A stretch of DNA of 32,000 nucleotides. It comes from Methylophaga frappieri. GTDB lineage: Bacteria; Pseudomonadota; Gammaproteobacteria; Nitrosococcales; Methylophagaceae. Below the pieces are notes generated by a model. That model made no database searches and had not been told where the DNA came from. It worked only from the letters and a program-made list of their open reading frames with translations. Made by a program: the position numbers and the translations under genes. The stretch is taken from positions 660,001 to 692,000 of the forward strand of contig NC_017856.1 in the NCBI RefSeq assembly GCF_000260965.1, written 5' to 3'. Positions 28,683 to 32,000 of this stretch are shown here, piece by piece. Numbering within the stretch: the stretch's first letter is position 1; each line of letters begins with the position of its first letter.

Positions 28683-29276
28683 ATGATCACTTTGCGCCAC
28701 GCGCTTGCCATCGCTACCGCCCTGATTACCTTTGCCGGCCCCGCTTATGCGCAGCAATGGTACCAAGTTGAAGTTGTGGTCTTTGAGCAACTCAATGCCA
28801 ATACTGATGAAGCCTGGCCAACCATGCCCGTTGGTAACACCACTGACTTAACACCGCGATCCGCAACAAACCGCATTCAACCCGCTCAGCGTGGAGAGTT
28901 GTCCGGTATTGCTGAACGGCTGCGGAATTCAGCAGGGTATCGCGTGCTGAGTCATGAGGCATGGCAGCAAAGTGCACTGGGACGTAATGCATCGCAACCA
29001 GTTCAAATTGAGGGTGAGCGACTGACTGGCAAGATACACATTTATAAATCCGCTTACCTGCATAGCGTGTTGGATTTATGGTTAACGAGCGGCAGTACAA
29101 CATTTGAAGCGCAGCAATATCCGAATTTAAACGAGTCTCGACGCATTCGCAGTCAAGAGTTGCACTATTTCGACCATCCGAGATTTGGCGCGATTTTACA
29201 GCTAAAACCTATCGCCACACCGGATAACGTGCTTAACGCCATGCAAGGCGGTGAAAGCTATTCATTACCTGATTAA
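28683..29276 (+). CDS. CsiV-like periplasmic protein (DUF2803 / peptidoglycan-binding CsiV family), tentative
   Basis: Signal peptide ending AYA-QQ. The WYQVEVVVFEQ and HYFDHPRFGAILQLKP blocks resemble the two conserved CsiV-family motifs as I remember them. Confidence 0.55.
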   Translation: MITLRHALAIATALITFAGPAYAQQWYQVEVVVFEQLNANTDEAWPTMPVGNTTDLTPRSATNRIQPAQRGELSGIAERLRNSAGYRVLSHEAWQQSALGRNASQPVQIEGERLTGKIHIYKSAYLHSVLDLWLTSGSTTFEAQQYPNLNESRRIRSQELHYFDHPRFGAILQLKPIATPDNVLNAMQGGESYSLPD

Positions 29277-30007
29277 GTGCCAGTCAACAACCCTTGAATT
29301 ACACGATATACCTGCGTCATGGCATCGGTAGTGGTTTGCTGAATTTCTGCGACCGTAATCAGCTTATCTGATAAGCCGGCGGCATGATTGGCAACAATCG
29401 CTAACGTCACATAAGCCATCTCAAGTTCACGCGCTATAGCCGCTTCAGGCATTGCCGTCATGCCAACCATATCCGCTCCATCCCGGGCTAAACGTTTAAT
29501 TTCAGCGGCGGTTTCCAGGCGTGGCCCCTGAGTCACCGCATAAGCGCCACCATCGACTAGTTTGATCTGCGATGTCTGCGCGGTAGTCAGCAACCTACCC
29601 CGTAAAACGGCATCGTAAGGATGGGTAAAGTCGATATGTTTATCTGCAGAAAAATGCGCTGTATAAATGCTGCTTTCTCTACCCCAGGTATAGTCGATAA
29701 TTTGATCGGGGACTGCCAGACTGCCCGGCGCCAGTTCAGGGTTAATACCGCCTACCGCTGCAACGGCCAACACCTGACGTACGCCCAAATGATGCATCGC
29801 CCAAAGGTTTGCCCGATAATTTATTAAGTGCGGTGGAATCGTATGATATTCACCATGCCTTGGAAGGAAGATCAGCGGTTTTTTGTCAATCCACCCCCGA
29901 AATAAGGGTGCTGATGGCTCACCAAACGGTGTATCAAGCTGAATTTGTTCATCTATTTTCAGGCTTGATAATCGTGACAAACCACTGCCACCAATAACGC
30001 CCATCAT
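29273..30007 (-). CDS. 5'-methylthioadenosine / S-methyl-5'-thioinosine phosphorylase (MTAP family)
   Basis: GVIGGSGL, FLPRHG, the NYRANLWA block, GPRLETAAE and VGMT are all MTAP-family (trimeric PNP fold) signatures. Length is 244 aa. Confidence 0.88.
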   Translation of the reverse strand: MMGVIGGSGLSRLSSLKIDEQIQLDTPFGEPSAPLFRGWIDKKPLIFLPRHGEYHTIPPHLINYRANLWAMHHLGVRQVLAVAAVGGINPELAPGSLAVPDQIIDYTWGRESSIYTAHFSADKHIDFTHPYDAVLRGRLLTTAQTSQIKLVDGGAYAVTQGPRLETAAEIKRLARDGADMVGMTAMPEAAIARELEMAYVTLAIVANHAAGLSDKLITVAEIQQTTTDAMTQVYRVIQGLLTGT

Positions 30008-30549
30008 GTTGCTGTCTCCGGTATCATGAAAATGCCCGGTGCGTTACGCCAGTAGCCACGAATATCCATACCAAAGCCGAATACATAACTATCCGGTACT
30101 TCCAGACCAAGGTACTCGGGTGTCGCCCCCTGCTTGCGCTGATGTTGTTTATTCGTTAATGCCAGACAGCGAACAGAATCTGCCCCGGATTGCTCACAAA
30201 ACTGCCGCAATGCCGTCAGCGTATATCCCTCATCGTAAATATCTTCAATCAATAGTACATGTCTGCCCTGTAACGCGGTTTGTGGCCGAGCAAGCCAATT
30301 TAACTCGCCGCCCTGCAACGCATCCCCATACCGGCTGACATGAACATAATCGATCTCACAGGCAATCTGTAAATGCGGCAGAATTTGCCCCAAGGTCACC
30401 ACCGCCCCATTCATCACACACAGCAGGATCAGGTTTTTATCCTGATAATCCCGATTTACCTGCGCTGCCAGCGTGACCAATTTGGATTGGATTTCTTCCA
30501 GCGTATAAAGACAGGTCGCGCCGATTGGCAGACTTGCGTGTGTTGACAT
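30004..30549 (-). CDS. hpt: Hypoxanthine(-guanine) phosphoribosyltransferase
   Basis: The PRPP-binding motif VLLIEDIYDEGYTL is present. Length (181 aa) and layout fit type I PRTases of the Hpt family. Its stop overlaps the MTAP gene start (ATGA). Confidence 0.85.
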   Translation of the reverse strand: MSTHASLPIGATCLYTLEEIQSKLVTLAAQVNRDYQDKNLILLCVMNGAVVTLGQILPHLQIACEIDYVHVSRYGDALQGGELNWLARPQTALQGRHVLLIEDIYDEGYTLTALRQFCEQSGADSVRCLALTNKQHQRKQGATPEYLGLEVPDSYVFGFGMDIRGYWRNAPGIFMIPETAT

Positions 30550-30609
30550 GGGCTGTTCTCCTGATGCGGTGTCCGTATAATGTCAATTTTCGGTACTTGG
30601 AATTATGCC

Positions 30610-31506
30610 ATGCGGCGTTTTTGGCCGGTGCTGCCAATCGTATTCATTTTTATTTTTGCCTATTGGCAGCCTGTTTCTGAACCGGCAACCTCGCCATCAG
30701 ATCTGCCACAGCGAATTATCAGTCTGGCGCCCAGTATCACAGAAACCCTCTTTGCCTTGGATGCACAAGCCAAGCTGGTTGCCGTGACTGATTATTGCCG
30801 CTATCCGGCTGCGGCCAGCCAGTTACCCACTGTTGGCGGTTATCTTGATGCGTCGCTGACCGCCATTGTTGAGCATCAACCTGATTTAGTAATTTTGTTG
30901 GCCCAGCAACAACAACTGAGCCAGCAATTGAATCAATTCGGTATCGCGACCCTTACCGTAGACCATAGCAGACTCAATGGTATTCTGCGTAGTATCGGAG
31001 AAATAGGTGACATGATTGGCCACACTGCCGCCGGGACCCGACTACATCAGCAATTACAAAGTGACATTCAGCAGATCCATCATCGCGTTGCCAAACAGCC
31101 GGTAAAACAAACCTTGATCGCCATCGCACACGACACGAATAGTCAGCAGCTGGATCAAGTTTATCTCGCTGGTCAGCAGGATTTTTATAATGATTTGTTA
31201 GTGCTTGCCGGCGGTGAAAACGTTTATCAGCAGTCCTATTTGAAGGTACCCTCCGTGTCCCGTGAGGGCTTGCTGCGACTCAATCCAGATATCATTATTG
31301 ATATTTTTCCGGCGACTTATGCCCACTCTGCTGACTTAGCCGCAGTGCGACGACTCTGGCAGCAGCTTGATCAAGTCAACGCTGTACAAAACGACCAGAT
31401 TTTCTTTATCGAGGCGGATTATGCCACCGTGCCGGGTCCCAGAGTCGTCAAACTCCTTGACGACCTTGCCAGGTTGCTGCATCCGGAGGCCCACGATGCA
31501 TTTTGA
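30610..31506 (+). CDS. ABC transporter periplasmic binding protein, BtuF/FhuD-like (Peripla_BP_2)
   Basis: RIISLAPSITETLFALDAQAKLVAVTDYCRYP is a typical BtuF-type N-lobe. The signal-like MRRFWPVLPIVFIFIFAY starts at 30610. The ORF-track ATG at 30580 overlaps a perfect TATAAT (30576-30581), so the later start is preferred. Confidence 0.82.
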   Translation: MRRFWPVLPIVFIFIFAYWQPVSEPATSPSDLPQRIISLAPSITETLFALDAQAKLVAVTDYCRYPAAASQLPTVGGYLDASLTAIVEHQPDLVILLAQQQQLSQQLNQFGIATLTVDHSRLNGILRSIGEIGDMIGHTAAGTRLHQQLQSDIQQIHHRVAKQPVKQTLIAIAHDTNSQQLDQVYLAGQQDFYNDLLVLAGGENVYQQSYLKVPSVSREGLLRLNPDIIIDIFPATYAHSADLAAVRRLWQQLDQVNAVQNDQIFFIEADYATVPGPRVVKLLDDLARLLHPEAHDAF

Positions 31507-32000
31507 GGGGCAACAGATATCGGTTGTTGAACAAGGTCATAGCTTATTAACAGATATCGATTTGACTATCGCATCAGGCGAATATTGGTGCATCGTCGGT
31601 CCCAACGGTGCGGGGAAGAGCACACTGTTACGCTGCCTAAATGGATTACAAAAAATACGTAGCGGACATCTCTCTCTGCAAAGCAAACCACTACAGCACT
31701 TTTCCAGAAAACAGCTGGCGCGCCATATCAGCTATGTTCCGCAACATAATGGTCGGCATTTGCCGTTTACTGTTCAAGAGTTTATGGCGATGAGTCGCTA
31801 CGCCCATCAGCGGTGGCTCGGCCATTGGCAACAAACCGATATTAAGGCTATAGATGAAGCTTTGATGATTACCGATTGTGAGGCATTTCGTGATCGTCAA
31901 TTAAGCGAGCTAAGCGGCGGAGAATGCCAACGCGTGATGATCGCTGCGGCACTGGCACAAGAAACGCCTGTTTTATTGCTTGATGAGCCGACCAGCTTCC
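31496..32000 (+). CDS. ABC transporter ATP-binding protein (FecE/BtuD-like), 5' partial at window end
   Basis: I translated this myself: [50 protein letters not shown] (Walker A) ... LSGGECQRVMIAAALAQETPVLLLDEPT (signature plus Walker B). It overlaps the binding-protein gene by 11 nt and runs off the window. Confidence 0.85.
   Translation, partial: MHFEGQQISVVEQGHSLLTDIDLTIASGEYWCIVGPNGAGKSTLLRCLNGLQKIRSGHLSLQSKPLQHFSRKQLARHISYVPQHNGRHLPFTVQEFMAMSRYAHQRWLGHWQQTDIKAIDEALMITDCEAFRDRQLSELSGGECQRVMIAAALAQETPVLLLDEPTSF

Noticed and set aside
30543-30581. Perfect TTGACA (30543-30548) and perfect TATAAT (30576-30581) in the hpt / binding-protein divergent region.
   Set aside because: They are 27 nt apart, far outside the 16-19 nt window for one sigma-70 promoter. 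Only the -10 hexamer is retained, as a weak argument about the start codon.

Overview
This window looks like a densely packed core chromosomal segment of a gammaproteobacterium. The gene order resembles Pseudomonas-type neighbourhoods: fdx-coaD / rsmD / M16 peptidase pair / ftsYEX-rpoH; birA-coaX-tRNA; ffs-dnaX-ybaB-recR; aat-bpt-infA. Nearly every base is accounted for by about 40 recognisable genes. These cover cell division and SRP (ftsYEX, ffs), heat-shock sigma factor (rpoH), LPS assembly control (lapAB), CoA and biotin metabolism (coaD, coaX, birA), replication and recombination (dnaX, ybaB, recR), N-end-rule transferases (aat, bpt), infA, dsbB, an SPFH/NfeD pair, purine/MTA salvage (MTAP-like phosphorylase plus hpt) and the start of a BtuF-type ABC importer. 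RNA genes are one tRNA-Ser(GGA) and the 4.5S SRP RNA. The SRP RNA is hidden inside the ORF-track N-terminal extension of dnaX. I found no CRISPR array, IS element, integrase, prophage gene or cluster of unexplained ORFs. I therefore cannot support a claim that a novel multi-gene system is present. The only accessory-looking stretch lies immediately downstream of tRNA-Ser (about 14.8-19.1 kb). It holds an AT-rich non-coding spacer, an orphan miniaturised thioredoxin-reductase-like flavoprotein and a large MASE1-CHASE-PAS-GGDEF-EAL sensor. The observations most worth a second look are: (1) a candidate dnaX -1 frameshift site; (2) a sigma-E-type promoter ahead of rpoH; (3) a translationally coupled lapA-lapB-arsC-wrbA-DUF2069 string; (4) a 74-aa Q/A/S-rich small protein; (5) the MTAP-hpt coupling. 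All calls rest on reading the translations and motifs by eye. No database search or computation was run.
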